DNA of 64,000 nt from Anolis carolinensis (GCF_035594765.1 NC_085845.1:159480897-159544896), one strand, 5' to 3'; shown: positions 13,291 to 26,778, counted from the stretch's first letter. Translations and numbers: made by a program. Notes: a model not told the origin generated them from the sequence alone.

Positions 13291-16130
13291 TGTATAACCA
13301 CACTGTCAAGCTGCCTTCAAATTGCATTAAGTTAAGTGTAGATACTGATATACCTTCTGTCACACTTTCATGTGCTATATGGTTATAATATGGGTGAAAT
13401 CCTGAAAATAACTAGAAAATCCCTGCTAAAACTTGGAATCTTTCACTATTTCACTGACTTATTCAATAATTACTCACTAATTCACTCAGGTTGTTTTTGT
13501 TCTCTCAATATTCAGTTGCTATTTCTTTCTTAATTTTCTTTCTTATCCCCTAGTAATATAATGTCATCAATACATCTTGAAACATTGATTTTCCTTTCTC
13601 CAATTTTAGCCTTGTCTAAATCCCTTGTTAACTGGAAACCATTTTGGGTATTTTATATATTCCATCCTGACAGCATTTTCTTCTCCAGACTATAAGCCAT
13701 ACATAAAGAAAATAAATTTCTATTTCTTTAAGAGCAACCCATAGGTTTTTTGTTATGATCTGCACCAGTGTGGTCCGACCTGCAGCTCACCAATTCACTT
13801 TTGTTGATCCTTGCCCTTCTTACTGGAAAAAATATTTTAATTTAACATTTGGAAAAGAATCATTTACTCTTCTTACTGATTTACAAAATTTAATTCATTT
13901 TCTTGCTGGAATGTATCTGGCCCTCACATTCCTATACTAAAGTTTGATTGGCCTTTGGGTAACTAAAGGTTGGACCACACTGATCTACACAATGAAATGG
14001 AGTCATATCTATAAAGCATAGGCTGATTTGCCTCTGAAATTCTTTACTGCATCCCATTAGTCTATGTATATTTCAAATATGATTTCAGACAGCAGAAATG
14101 GTGGAGGACTGTCACAAAAATTATTTCAGTGGAGATGGAGCTGCCACATATGATGGAGGATGATTGTCACAAAGCTGAAGAACTCACTCATGTTGTAATA
14201 TGTCTCATTTTACTGACTCATGACCCATCATTGGCACTGAGAAGATGAAGACTATGGTTTGAATCACAGATCAGCACCTTGTAGCATTTAATAGTGTGTT
14301 ATTAACTAACTAAAAATAACTGCTCTAATTACTTTTGTGAATCAAGAATGTAAAGCCTTACAATTTAAGAAGTGCTACTAAAATGGTAACTACTAGTTCC
14401 TTTTTAAAGAACACAGACGATCCAGGCTCAGATCTAGTAACCTTTTGCTGACTTGTAGTTTTTGTTTGGAAAAGTAATGTGTCTGGGCTTTTTCTACTGT
14501 AGTGCTGGAATGCTGGAATGTCTTACTAAATGATGTACACTGGCCCCCTATTAAACTGTCTTGCTGGGAGCTCCTTTGAAATGCAAAATGCATGCATCAA
14601 ATTTCATGATAAAACATTCATTTAGAGAGCTTTGGAGCCGCAGAGGAAAATAGTGGCATGGGATAATCAAATTCTGTTCACAATACTAGATTCTGAAGCA
14701 TCCCAGTGTTTACCATTGTGTGAGAAAGTATAGTTCTGAACTTAAGAACCCACTGTTTAGGGAAGTGGAGGGTGAGACTCCATACTGATATTGGTGAGAT
14801 ACTGTTACTCAGCAGTGCTCATTGCAGACCCCTAGAGAGCATCACAACATATTGGCTCTCTCTGTCCCATATCACATTCTACATTAGCATGAATTTTTCA
14901 AGCCAATTTCATTGGATTTTTTCTTCCTTTGAGAAATGGAATATTTGTATTCAGAATAAATTCCACTACAATAGTATCATAACTGTACTTTCTGGTTTAA
15001 ACAATAATTAGTTGGAGGATTATAAAACGGATTTAGCATGTTGCATACTCTTGATAAATGCATAAAGCTAGAGCCAAGAATTAAATCTTCAGACTCCAAA
15101 TATGAAATGTGAAGTATCAACAATGAATTGAGACTTGTTAAACAGCCAGATACTGACACTGAACCAATATGCATTAAAGCTTGATACAGCTACTTTTACT
15201 AGTAATGTCTAATGATGATTTAACTGTGTGTGGTTTTTAAACTATTTTAAAAATATATTTCTTTTTAGTTGGTTTATTAAATAAATATCAAATAAAACAA
15301 TAAATAATAAATAAATATCAAATGAGTTTGAGAAACACTATTGTAGAGTGTTGTTAGTCCTGCTTTTTCATAGCACTTGGAGGGTCTTGAAACCACCTTA
15401 TGTCCTAATTGTCCCCTTGTTCCATAAGAAATGATTTTCTGCCTAAGGTGAAATTTTTCCATTGCACTCATACCATTCTAACAATGGAGGACAGTATACA
15501 GTATTCCTCATATTGCGGACTTCACCTCATGTAAACTTGGTTGCATATCTATAACCACCACCACTTCCCAAAGGAAAAACAAATGTTAGCCCAATTATAT
15601 AAGGTTTTCTCTGTCAAATATTTTAAAACAGAGGATTTTTTCAGAATCTGGCTTTCATTTATGAGGTCTATATAAGGATCCTGTTTATGTTGCCCTGTAC
15701 AATCTTATTTCATTATAATTAGTGTTTGTTTATAAACTATTAAATATTATATGTTGTAGAACTAATGTTTTCTCTTGATTTGAATAAATATCATATGGTT
15801 CTTTTAATAATATTGCTTTTTGAGTAGTTGGATGTGTAGCATCTAATACAATAGATCACTTTTTGATTTTCTGTTGGAATTTTGTTGGAATTTAAACATC
15901 AGATAACTCCCAGAAATCAATTGTAAATGATGTCATTCCATTTACTTTGGTAACAATTTCAAAGTGATTGTAAATTAATGTATGGTGTGCTTGACTGGTT
16001 ACCTACTGTGGCTACTTTTTGAATAACAAGATGACGCTAGGAAATATGTAGGCAAGATACATACCTAGTATTGCTGTTTCACATACCCCTAGTACATGTG
16101 TGTGTGTGTGTATGTGTGTGTACACACACA

Positions 16131-16620
16131 CTAGGATGTGATAAATGGCAGAAATATTTCAAATTTTGTTTTGAAATTTTGATGGCTCCTGTTTCAATTT
16201 GAAAAATGGGAAGGGGGGAATTATTTTGAATCTGAATTTCTGAAGTTTTGTTATTGTTTCGTTAGTTTTGTTCCATTGGTGGCAATGGAGAAACTTTATA
16301 GGCTCATTTCTCCATCATTTTTATGGCTATTAGGCTGAAACTGGGGACAAATGTAGCAAATATTTATGACTGTTAGCTCGCCAAATTTCAGAATGTTTCA
16401 TTCATCCAATGATTTTAAAGAAACTTTTTAATTGTTTACAAATATATTTTTAAAAAAACAAAAAAGGTATACTTTTGTATTTCTCCACAGTAATAAAACA
16501 ATAATAGGGGATAATTCCTGCAAAGTTTCAGAAAGATTTGGTCACTCACTGATTTTTAGGATTTTTTTCAATTTAAACACCTTGGGCAAGTCACACTCTC
16601 TCAGCTTCAGATGACTTTGA
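16131..16620 (+). mobile_element. Fragment of a TAGG-terminal non-autonomous DNA transposon family (hAT-like)
   Basis: 16305-16440 aligns by eye with 41760-41915. Starts taggatgtg. Confidence 0.55.
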
Positions 16621-18214
16621 ACTTTCAAAAAATACAGATTTCAGAATGAAAGTTGCCACATTTGTAGGATTTTTAATTTTGATTTTTTTTTCAATTTTCA
16701 ATTTTTAACCTTTTGAATTGGGTTGGACTAGATGCTTTGTTCAGGGTCTGCTTCAAGGTCTCAGTTTTTGGGTTTGAAAATTCAGAATCTGGGATGAGAT
16801 ACTGGACAAATGAATAGCTTCCATTTATACTTTTCTTTAAATTAGAATGGCTTTAATTGAACTTGTATTAATGAAGGAACATTATTCGTAGTTGGGAATA
16901 CCATGGTGTAAATGTGTGTTCCCCATATATAAATAGATATGGTCATATCTAACTGTTAAGTCAAATCAATCATACAATCAATTGTTTGAATATGAAATGA
17001 AGGCAATGATTATGAATGAATAGCCCTTAAAACCACTGCGCCTCTTATTTCCTCAATTTTATCTAAGTGGCAGCATAACATCAAAATTAACAAATAGCTG
17101 AAGATCCAGCTATTACCTATTTTTTGTTGTTGTCAGTTAAGTTCTAAAAGAAACCTATATTTCATAAAAGCAGCTTGCCCTGACCAATCTGAATGTGAAA
17201 GCTCCACCCAACTAGAAATGTTTTCCTTGAGATAAATCATTTGTATTGGCACTCTCAAGTCATCCACTGCAGATTAAAGTTGACCATACTTCACTTTAAT
17301 TTTTCTTTTTTATCTAGAAACTTCAAGAAAAACATTGTTATGTCTCTAAATTGGAATGGACTATATGATAGAGAGAAGAAATGTTTCTATGGCTCCCAGT
17401 ATGAAAAATGATGTGGTCTCTGCTTGCCTAGATGAAAAGTAAAAAAAGATGACTGTTGCCTCAGTGAAGGGAGAAAATGGGGTTTACAGAGTCTTCAGTA
17501 TAAAGGGACAGCAATGGTTCATGCATACTTCTTACAAATAGCATGTACAATCAATCGTGGTTAATGTGCAGAGTCAAGGAAGCTACAGTAGGCCAGACAG
17601 CTTTGTTCAGCACCACCAGCTTTGTAAAAATACTAACAATATCAATCTTACAAATACATCAACAATTGCAAACTGCCTGGAAAACAGTTAGTTAAAGGTG
17701 TGACAAAGGAGAATAAGGAAGTTGCAGAACAACTTTTTGAATTTGTTGTATCTTTCTTGACTGAGAAATAAGGATAAGTATATGAGCTTATGATATATAT
17801 TTTCAGAGAAGAGAGTCTAAACTGAGGCAAACAGTAGTGACATGGTATAGACCTTAGCAATAAATGAAAAAAAAATCCCATCTCATCAAACAATATTCAT
17901 GAAATAATTCTTAAATGAACTCATATGTGAAATTCCTGATTTTCTAACAAAGAAGTTACTTGTTCTGGTGGTTTTTGTATCAAAGGACTGGAAAGCAGCA
18001 AATAGATCACTAGGGGGTTTTTTTTTTAAAAAAACAAGAACCAGGTGGACTGCAGGATTTTACATTTAATTTTTGTTCCAAAAACTGATAGAAAACACTT
18101 TCCAATATCAAATATACAGAACAGCAAACCTTGCGGAATATCTTCATGGATTTTACAACAATAATTCTTTAGTATCTTATTGAAACTGTCAACAAATATG
18201 TGCAGCAGACATGT

Positions 18215-18252
18215 TTAACCGCGGTCGGCAGAGAAAAGGCAGCGTTGCGGAT
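18215..18252 (-). CDS. Candidate terminal coding exon of an unidentified minus-strand gene ((D)PQRCLFSADRG*)
   Basis: ~45-nt polypyrimidine tract plus tttgcag acceptor at 18253. Five CpGs retained in ~35 bp ending at a TAA, followed by TE-poor UTR-like sequence. Protein not recognised. Confidence 0.35.
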
Positions 18253-18302
18253 CTGCAAAGAGAGAGAGAGGAAGGGAGGGAGGGGAGAGGGAGGGGGAAA
18301 TC

Positions 18303-18467
18303 CAGGGGTGTCAAACTGACTTTCATTGAGGGCCAAATCAGCCTTAAGGTTGCCCTCAAAGGGCTGTTGAATCCATGGATGGAGAATCAGTGGATACAGA
18401 GGGCCAACTATAATTTCTTTACATAGTGCCCAGACCTGGCCTGTGGGCTTTGAGTTTAATGTACGGT
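18303..18467. mobile_element. hAT MITE (caggggtgtcaaact TIR), degenerate, with a Tigger-like end fragment inside
   Basis: Left TIR caggggtgtcaaact; right ggcctgtgggctttgagttt; internal tggatacagagggccaactata. Confidence 0.6.
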
Positions 18468-20036
18468 AGGATGACCCAAAAAACAGGCCCATACTTTTTT
18501 CTCTTGCATTATACTGAGTTCCAACCTCATTCAAAGAAGTTGAATTGTGAATAATACTTGTGTTGCATTAGCATCCCATACCATTTAAAGGTGTTCTACT
18601 GGGCAAAAAGAAGTACTTTTACACTGAAATTCCCTAGCATAATATATGGGAGTGGCAACTTAGATGTCTTCAGAATTGGGTTAGAAATATCAGTCAAAAG
18701 GGTTATATGCTACCTTCAGAATCAGCAGTAGAATGTTTTTTTAATACCATTTGATGTAAAAGAATTCTAGGTGAAGGTTACTGCCCTCATGTCTTGCTTG
18801 TTTGTTTCCTGTAGGTATCTGATTTGCCACTGTTGAAAACAAGCTACATGACAAGGTTTTGGTCTGCAGCATATTTCTGCTCATCATGACTCAATGGAGT
18901 GCTTCAGCTTCCACTGCCAGTGGAACAGAAACCTTCTCCCCACCACCTTGTTGCACACCCCCCATGGAATAATAAACTTTCTCCTAGCTCTATACAATAG
19001 CATTTCAGATTGGGTACATGCTGCAGGAGGCAAAGGGAAGAGTTGATCATGGCAGAAACACGGGTTCCTGCCCTTCATTAACTTATTTAGTCTGCTTAAT
19101 TTCTGCACTCGCAAAATCTTGAGCTTTCCATTTTTGTTCTTGACTGTTTAATAAATTTGCAAATTTGTTTCATTCTTTCATGAAGGTTTTTCAAAAGCCT
19201 TCTGTTGTCCTTTGGGAGGCTGGATACATTAGTTTTTTAATCCAAGAATTTGGCCGGCTACACAAATCACTATGGGAAAATAAAAACAGCATCTCATCAA
19301 AATTGATAAAACTGACTGAGACTGCCATCAACAATATAAATATGATAGACTCTTGCACTAGGAATACATCACCGATATTGGTACTTTATGGAATTCCACT
19401 ACGCATAAAAAACAAGAATTTTCTGGGTATAATTCCCTGGGAAGAACATGCCATAAATAAAAATGAGAGGAAGAGTAACATGATTAATATGCTAGAATTC
19501 TTAGAGAAATATATTTTGCTAATAAAACTTTTTTATTCTAATTTTAATAGTATTTTTGTATAATGATATTATGTTATTATTATCTCATATAACAAGCACA
19601 TGTGTCTATTTTGTCATGTGTACAAATGGGTATGAATATATAATGAGACATCTTTTGCATAAAATAAATAATTAACAAAACTAGCACATATATTTTTGGT
19701 GCTGTTCTTTCCTTTAAATTTAGAAAATTCAGAAGGATATTTTTTATTTTGGGAAGACTTATTTTTATTCTATTTTACTCTATTTTAATCCTTTTTAATT
19801 GATGAACTTCTAAATAGAAACTCTAGTAGTTTAAAGTGCCTTCTTTTTCTTTAACTCTTGGGCTAATCTCTTCTGAAGCATTCAGTGCAACACTGCTGTA
19901 TAAGAATTACTGGAACAACTGAATATTTTCATATACTCCTTAACCTGCCCATTTGGAGTCAACTTATACTTCTGAAAAATAACCATGGCCATTTGTAATT
20001 TCTCAAGTGTAGTGTTGCTGTCTTTACCACATTTAC

Positions 20037-20509
20037 TAGGCTTAGGCAGAGATCAGTTTGACCACAATTGATTTGTAATATTTGGTGGTCCATTAAGTGT
20101 AATCCCTGAAAATAGAATGGGGAGGAGGGAACCAAAATGCTGGAAAAAACGGACCAAGAGAGCCGGATTTATCAGCTACTGGAGAGGATGGAGTTTAGTC
20201 TGCAATATACCTGAGGCAGGGGTCTGCAGTGGGGCTCCTGGAGAAGATGGGATTACTTCCAGTGTCTTTTCTCCCTCCCCAGCAGCGAAATGTCCATTTC
20301 TTTTGGAAATGTTTCCTAGACTCCTCCTCCAGAGAGGGCTGTGCTGGGAACTTGTTTTCCCAGCACCACTTGCATGGGGTGGGCATTGAAAAGTATCTGA
20401 GTTCCTCTAAGAGCATGATGGGAGTTGAAGTTTCTCTCTCTCTCTCTCTCTCTCTCTGTATCTCAGCCAATAAAAGGCCTGGTTTTATCCTGGTTTGGTC
20501 CATATCCAA

Positions 20510-20549
<40 letters not shown>

Positions 20550-20968
20550 CTCAGCCAATAAAAGGCCTGGTTTTATCCATACTCTAATTGGCTGAGAATG
20601 GGCACAACTGGCAGCTATAATTCCCAGAACTCTCTCTTGCAGTTTGTTGTATTTTAAAAAATGCTATGGTAAAAACTTAAAATAATTCTTTAAAAATCAA
20701 TAGATTGGTGAATTGTTCTGAAACATGGCATGCCTGCAGTTGTAAATGGGGTTTAAAACTGAGGTAGGTTTCATGTAGATAGGTTTTACAATTATGATTG
20801 AGGGCTGAGCCTTTGAAGTTTTCCATTGTAACCAATGGGCCAAATTTTTGCCAAATGAAAATAGCAACACTCCTCCCAATTCGAATAACGTCCCAGTAAA
20901 CAGAATGAGAGGATAGCTGAAAATGGACCTCGAAATGGCTGGCCTTTTGGTTGAATTGCACAAGCCTA
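20037..20968. mobile_element. TAGG-terminal non-autonomous DNA transposon (hAT-like), ~930 bp
   Basis: Ends taggcttaggca / tgcacaagccta; same TIR as taggcttgagcaat at 26779 and taggcatgtgcgat at 41584. Flanks acatttac / gcttttgc match 5/8. Confidence 0.55.
20428..20578. repeat. Tandem duplication of (CT)n-gtatctcagccaataaaaggcctggttttatcc
   Basis: Two copies, at 20428-20490 and 20508-20578, differing in CT number. Confidence 0.9.
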
Positions 20969-22052
20969 GCTTTTGCCTCAAATACAGAAGATCTCCATTT
21001 CATATAGATTTGAAAAGTTGAATAAAAGTTCAAATCACCTATTGGTTGATGGTGATCTCATGAATGTCATAGAGATTTGAATTTTTTAGGCAAGAATTAC
21101 TTAAATATAGTTTTGCAAGTTTCCTCTCACAAAAATATTTTCCTCTGAAATATAGCCTACAGCACCTGGTCAGGACTTGCAAACTGGTCTCTCCCATAAA
21201 TGTTCAATGGATATTCCAGTGTCCACTTTCACATAGTAGACTGTCAATAGATGCTCACTGTGATTGTAGTTACACAAATCTATGAACTTTCCTGGAAAAA
21301 ACTGATTCAACATAGTAAATAACTATATCTTCCATAACAAAACACAAATACTTTTCAGAAAAATGTATCACTACATCTAGTAACAAAATTGAAAAATTGT
21401 TCTTTTAAAAGAAAGAGAGAAAAAAAGGATTTGGCTAGAGATACAATGTGACCCTCAGTGACAGTTTCAGATAATCTCCCATGGAGAGATAACCATATAA
21501 CAATGAACTGAGCAATTATAATTCATCATACATATGCATCATGCACATTTTAAGTTCTTTGGTTTAGGTACAACAAGGAAGTGACTATGATAAAACAAGA
21601 ATCTTTTTCCCAGATGGAATGCATTGATCATGGCCGATGAATAATGAATGCATCCAAAACGTTTGTTTGGCCTCTGTGTTTGTTCATGAAGATTAATAGA
21701 CCAACTTGCTCAGTTACTCTCACCACAGGAGATTCCATACATCAGAGAGTCAGGATGCCTTATTAACATGCAAATATTTTCTCCTCTGCATCATTCAAAA
21801 TTGTGTTTGTATTATCAACACTGAAAAGTGGATTTCATGGGGCAAGAATTTGATCTACATGAGAGTCTAAAAGAACAACTAAACATATTTAGACATCTTT
21901 TTAAAAGTATTTGGATCCCCCTGCACATAAAAACAGAGCCTGTAGGAAATGCAAAGATTTTAGGGAATGGGGTAGGGTGAAGTGCAAATGTTTCCACTTC
22001 TAGTACGAGGTGTAAAGAAGGCTGACGCATTCTGTTCATTTCGTGCTGAACA

Positions 22053-22316
22053 ATCACTTCATCACATTGGGGGGGGGGGTTAGAATCCTAGAATCCTTCC
22101 CTGCCAGTCCAGCGATGGATGGGCATGCTGCCCAACATATGACATGGCTGGACGTCTGGTGGAGACCCCACCCACAATCTGAGTGGAAGCATTACTGCAC
22201 AGCTTCAGCGACGCTTCCCCCATGTGATGGGGAAACATTGCAGTGAGGGAGCAGCACACAGAGTGACTGATTTGTCCCACTGCCCCTCCATTTGGTGGCA
22301 AATGTGATAAGGTCCT
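22053..22316. mobile_element. Probable PIF/Harbinger-like MITE (degenerate)
   Basis: Right end aatgtgataaggtcc is the reverse complement of the ggaccttatca start seen at 38883; weaker left end cttcatcacatt. Confidence 0.4.
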
Positions 22317-22609
22317 ATGTGCCAGACAGGGCAGGCAAAGAGCAGAACACAAAGAAAAGAAGAAGAAAAAAAGAAAAAAAGGACTCTGGCCACAAATACT
22401 ATAGAGTCATGCTGGAGAACTGAGAAAATGCCTTGAGACGACATATTTAGTCAGACATAGATAAATGAATACATGATTAATGATCCTGTGGATATGCTGA
22501 GTATTGAGCAATCTGGGGATTGGGAAGAATCTCCTGTCTTTGGGGCTGATTTCTGGGTCTTTGCCCTCACCAGGCGCCAATGAGGTTTAGGGGATTATAC
22601 CCTTTAGCT

Positions 22610-22723
22610 CAGTGGTTCTCAATCCCCAGACGTTTTGGCCTTTAACTCCTAGAAATCCTAACAGCTGGTAAACTGGCTGTTGTAGGCCAAAACATCTGGG
22701 GACTCACAGGTTGAGAACCACTG
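22610..22723. mobile_element. hAT MITE
   Basis: TIR cagtggttctcaa / ttgagaaccactg; 8-bp TSD ctttagct / ctctagct. Confidence 0.9.
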
Positions 22724-23393
22724 CTCTAGCTAGTCTTCTGGTATCTCTCAGGGGCTTTGGTGTTTCACCCAGGAGAAGCTGGGGATTCATTTTGACCACC
22801 ACCAAGAAACATTTAAGTGGATAACAATTAATAAAGTTGTCCTTAGTTCATTCCAATTCTGTTGCTTGCTGCAACCCTTCAGATCCTCCTAACCCCCACC
22901 CTTGAGGGATGGCGATCTTTGGGGTCTTCAAAGGGAAATAGCCGGCTTTGCGACTACCCCCACTTTGATCCATGGGGAGAACGGAGCTTAAAGCTCTACT
23001 GATCATCTGGAATGGTTTGGTCAGCCGAGAACCCTCAGCAGACCTGACCTGTCGCCATCTCCGCCCAACAGAAGTCCTCTTGCATGGTCTCTTTATTCTT
23101 CTGGTTTGTCAGCAAATGACAAATGGGTACTGGTCCTGTAGATATAGGGGTCATACAATAGTTATCCTTTTTTGACTATAGCTTCCATAATTCTCCAGTT
23201 AGCATGACCAGTGGTGAAACAGGGAAATGAGATTCTGAAAAGTTACAGTTCAACAGTAATGTCTACATGCTGTAGAATAGTGGTGTGGTATTAGTTCACT
23301 TTCTTCATCCATAATGTTATTATGGTGAGAATGGTCATTCCTGTTTGTCACAAATATCTTTAATGTTGGGTTGCAGTCGTACTTTCTGTTTAC

Positions 23394-23430
23394 CTCCTGG
23401 TATGTTTGCCTCTTTTGATATAAGATCAAT
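23394..23430 (-). CDS. Candidate 37-nt internal exon (IDLISKEANIPG)
   Basis: ttctctactcag acceptor and GAG|gtaaac donor. Open in phase 0 to 1, which fits the 18215-18252 exon. No homology evidence. Confidence 0.25.
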
Positions 23431-24628
23431 CTGAGTAGAGAAATCAGCTTCTTTAAATGAATGTAATGCTCAACTTCTACCATTAAATGTTTGGATGATT
23501 TTTTAGATGACATTTTGAGTTTTGAATGGAGCACATATGCATTATTCATCATTACTTGTCTCTTCAAAATGGATAGAAGATGCAATCTGGAAAGAACTGG
23601 ATTCTTATTTCTGTGGCACAAGCAGCCAGTGACCCACACAATTCACTATAGACATGGAGCAAATACATTTTAGTTTTTGATTCATCAGCTGCAAACAGAA
23701 TCTCGGGGATAAGAGGGGCCTCTCAACATTGGGGAAATCCAGCTGGAAAGAATAAAGGAGTGTAAGATTTTTGTGAAGTTGCATTCACATATTCAGGTAT
23801 CCCCTAATGTTGTGCAATAATTATTATGTGGATAGAAACCCATGAAATCCCTGTTTCCTACAGATAAATGGCCTTCCTGTTTCTGGCAGGAAAGCTCTTT
23901 ATTAAAAATAAAATCTACCCAATAATTCTACAGAGCACTTTAGAGCCATTGAATAATCGAGAATATTGCAGAGGAATATTCATTTTCACCCATAGTAAAG
24001 AGAAAACTGTAAAAGTTATCCGTCCTTGCATGGTCCCATTTCAATGTCACTGTAAATACCTTTCTTAAACAGCCCTGTAAATTTGGGCAAGGGACATGAG
24101 GACCTGGGGCTTCAATTTTGCACCTCCTGGAGTCAGCCTAGTAAACAGGAGTTACTTTAAAAGTGATGCCCACTTTTCTATTCTCTTGTCATATGGTGGC
24201 TTCCTAGTGTTTTTGTGCCTGAGAATGGCTTTGTAATTTTCCTTTATGCTAAAATCCTTGATGTAGGTGATTGTAGGGAGGGTTTGATGCATGGTTCATC
24301 CCACCTCCTTTGTGTGTCTCCCCAAATAACACTGACCACTCCAAAACACTTGGACCTTCTCCAAATTCAATTGGGGCAGAGCATTTGACCCTGGCAGGAG
24401 TTGTTCTGTCATGATATAAAGAGATTGTCTTAACAGCCTAACTCATCATTGGAGACTAGGCCTTTACAGTCTCTGCAGCACCTTAAGAGAGCCCTGATAG
24501 ATGCTGATAGTTGCACAGAAATTCTCCATGTGACACAGGCTCTATAATGTTTAGAACTCCCAAAATCTCTGGCATGGCCAAAGTGACTGAGGCTAGAAGA
24601 TCAGAGTTTGGGAATCATTGGACTAGAA

Positions 24629-24766
24629 CAGTGGTTCACAATCTTTTGTTCCTCCAGGTGTTTTGAACTTCAGCTCCCACAATTCGTAACCACTAGTAAA
24701 CTGTCTGGGATTTCTGGGAGTCCAAAACACCTAGAGAATCTAGAGGACCACAGTTGGGAATCATTG
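24629..24766. mobile_element. hAT MITE
   Basis: TIR cagtggttcacaa / ttgggaatcattg; perfect 8-bp TSD gactagaa at 24621-24628 and 24767-24774. Confidence 0.88.
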
Positions 24767-25819
24767 GACTAGAAGAAGCCGCCATTGTATGGAATGGAAG
24801 CTTTTTAAGCTGGTCCCCACATGTCTGGCATAATGTGTAGTAATTTAAGATGATCAGGACTTGCCTTGAATCAATTTAAGCAGTTAATGGAGAAGGCGGG
24901 ACCTCTCCAGGCTAATACTTTAATACCTCCCCCAAATGGCTTGGGTAGTAGGCAATTGTGACTGATCATTCTTTAAAAAAATCTTTTAAGTGAATTTTGA
25001 CAGGTTCACAATGCCTGTTTGTTATTAAGGTATATATCTGCTTTCTGCTCCCAGCAAATAAAAATTACATAAATCTAAGGTTGGAAAGTAATTGTATTGG
25101 CTAGCTACAGAACTATATCTGCATGTTTTAGAATATCACTTTGCACGTTTTGCTTTATATGTATGTCAAGGAAGCCATATGTGATTGATTTTGGCCATGT
25201 TAAAATACTTAAAATAAGTGAAGCAATGGCGAAATGGTGATGAAATACACAGTCCTCTAAAGGAGACCTCTAAAAATTGATTTATTAATAGGCTACTATT
25301 GTATCATTTTTGTAGGAAACAACAACAATCTTTTGATTCCTCCTGGCTTCTTAGACCTACTCGCTTCAGTTGTTATCACAGTTCTGCCTTCTTCCAGCCT
25401 TGCATCTTTCTCATCATGAGGAATGGGGTGAGAGTAGCCATAAAAGTGAGATGCTCTTATTTAAAATTCTTCAGATGAATTGCTTGACACATCCTGCTGT
25501 TATATGACAATCAATTTATCAAAACAGAGTGATTGGCAAACATTTCAGTTCTATTTAAGCATGCTTTAGTATGCAATTATTCTTAGAGAGGAAATTAAGT
25601 TGCATTCTCTGTTTTTTAATGTTTTTAACATGTGTATTCTTAAAAATCATTTTATGCTGTTTTTAATTGCTTAAATTGTATTATTTTTCACTGATTTTAT
25701 CTGTGAGCCCTCTTGGGTTCCACTAAGGGAGAAAAGAAGTATATTAAATAGATATTCGACATTTGAAAAATGTCAGCATTAATCTGTGATGGCTAAAAAC
25801 CTTACTTGAAATTTTAGAC

Positions 25820-26210
25820 CAGGGGTCCTCAAACCTTTTAAGCGGAGGGCCAGTCCACAATTCTTCAGACTGTTGAGGGGCTGAATTATCATTTGAAAAT
25901 AAATATGAACAAATTCCTGTGCACACTGCACATGTCTTATTTGTAATGCAAAAAAAGCAATGAAAGAACAATACAATATATTTAAAAATAAAAACAATTT
26001 TAACTAACATAAACCTATCAGTATTTCCATGGGAAGTGTGGGCTGCTTCTAGCCAATGAGAAAGTCAAGTTAATTAGGATTGTTGTTGTTGTGTGCCTTC
26101 AAGTCATTTCAGACTTTGGGTGAGCCTAAGTCAAAAACTGAGGGTGAGGGCCAGGTAAATGATCTTGGAGGGTCGCATCTGGCCCACGGGCCTTAGTTTG
26201 GGAACCCCTG
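25820..26210. mobile_element. hAT/Charlie MITE resembling OposCharlie1 (OC1)-derived non-autonomous elements
   Basis: TIR caggggtcctcaaac / gtttgggaacccctg; TSD ttttagac / ccttagac; internal atgaacaaattcctgtgcacactgcacat. Confidence 0.85.
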
Positions 26211-26218
26211 CCTTAGAC

Positions 26219-26362
26219 GGTACAATGCAATTTCAAGCTGCATTATATGGTCAGTGTAGACTCATACAATGCAGTTCAATGCAGTTAAACTCCATTATAC
26301 AAGTTTACACTGATTATATAATGCAGTTTCAAACTGTGTCATATGGCAGTGTAGATGGAGCC
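26219..26362. mobile_element. Partial PIF/Harbinger MITE
   Basis: Repeated tgcagtt / aactgcattata subunits and right end atatggcagtgtagatggagcc|tta. Confidence 0.65.
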
Positions 26363-26778
26363 TTACTGGAAGGTAATATTCCATTTTATAGACTTATAAT
26401 AGTGAGTGCTGACAATTTGGTTTGAGTATGTGGTAGCATTCATTGGTATATCTGTGAGTTAGAAGACATACTTTTTTCTTTGGAATGTAAATATCCACAT
26501 ATATATATGTCAATATCCACCAGATTCTGGACATTTCCTGTGAGATATGTTATATGTCACATTTGCAATGCCATTGCATTTTGTCTTGTATTTTTAGTAG
26601 AATTGGAAAGGAAACTTGCAGTTATTGCTACCCAATGCCTGCAGATTTTTATCAGCTCTCATTCATAAACAAATGGATTGAAGATGCACAACAATCCAGT
26701 GAGACTGTCTTATTATTTTCTGTCTATATGTTAATACGTATGCTCAATATTATGGCCATTTAAACTTTACGTACATAT

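Noticed and set aside
18169-18252. Naming the candidate gene from faint resemblance to known alternative C-termini
   Set aside because: Only a few residues match from memory, so no gene symbol is justified.
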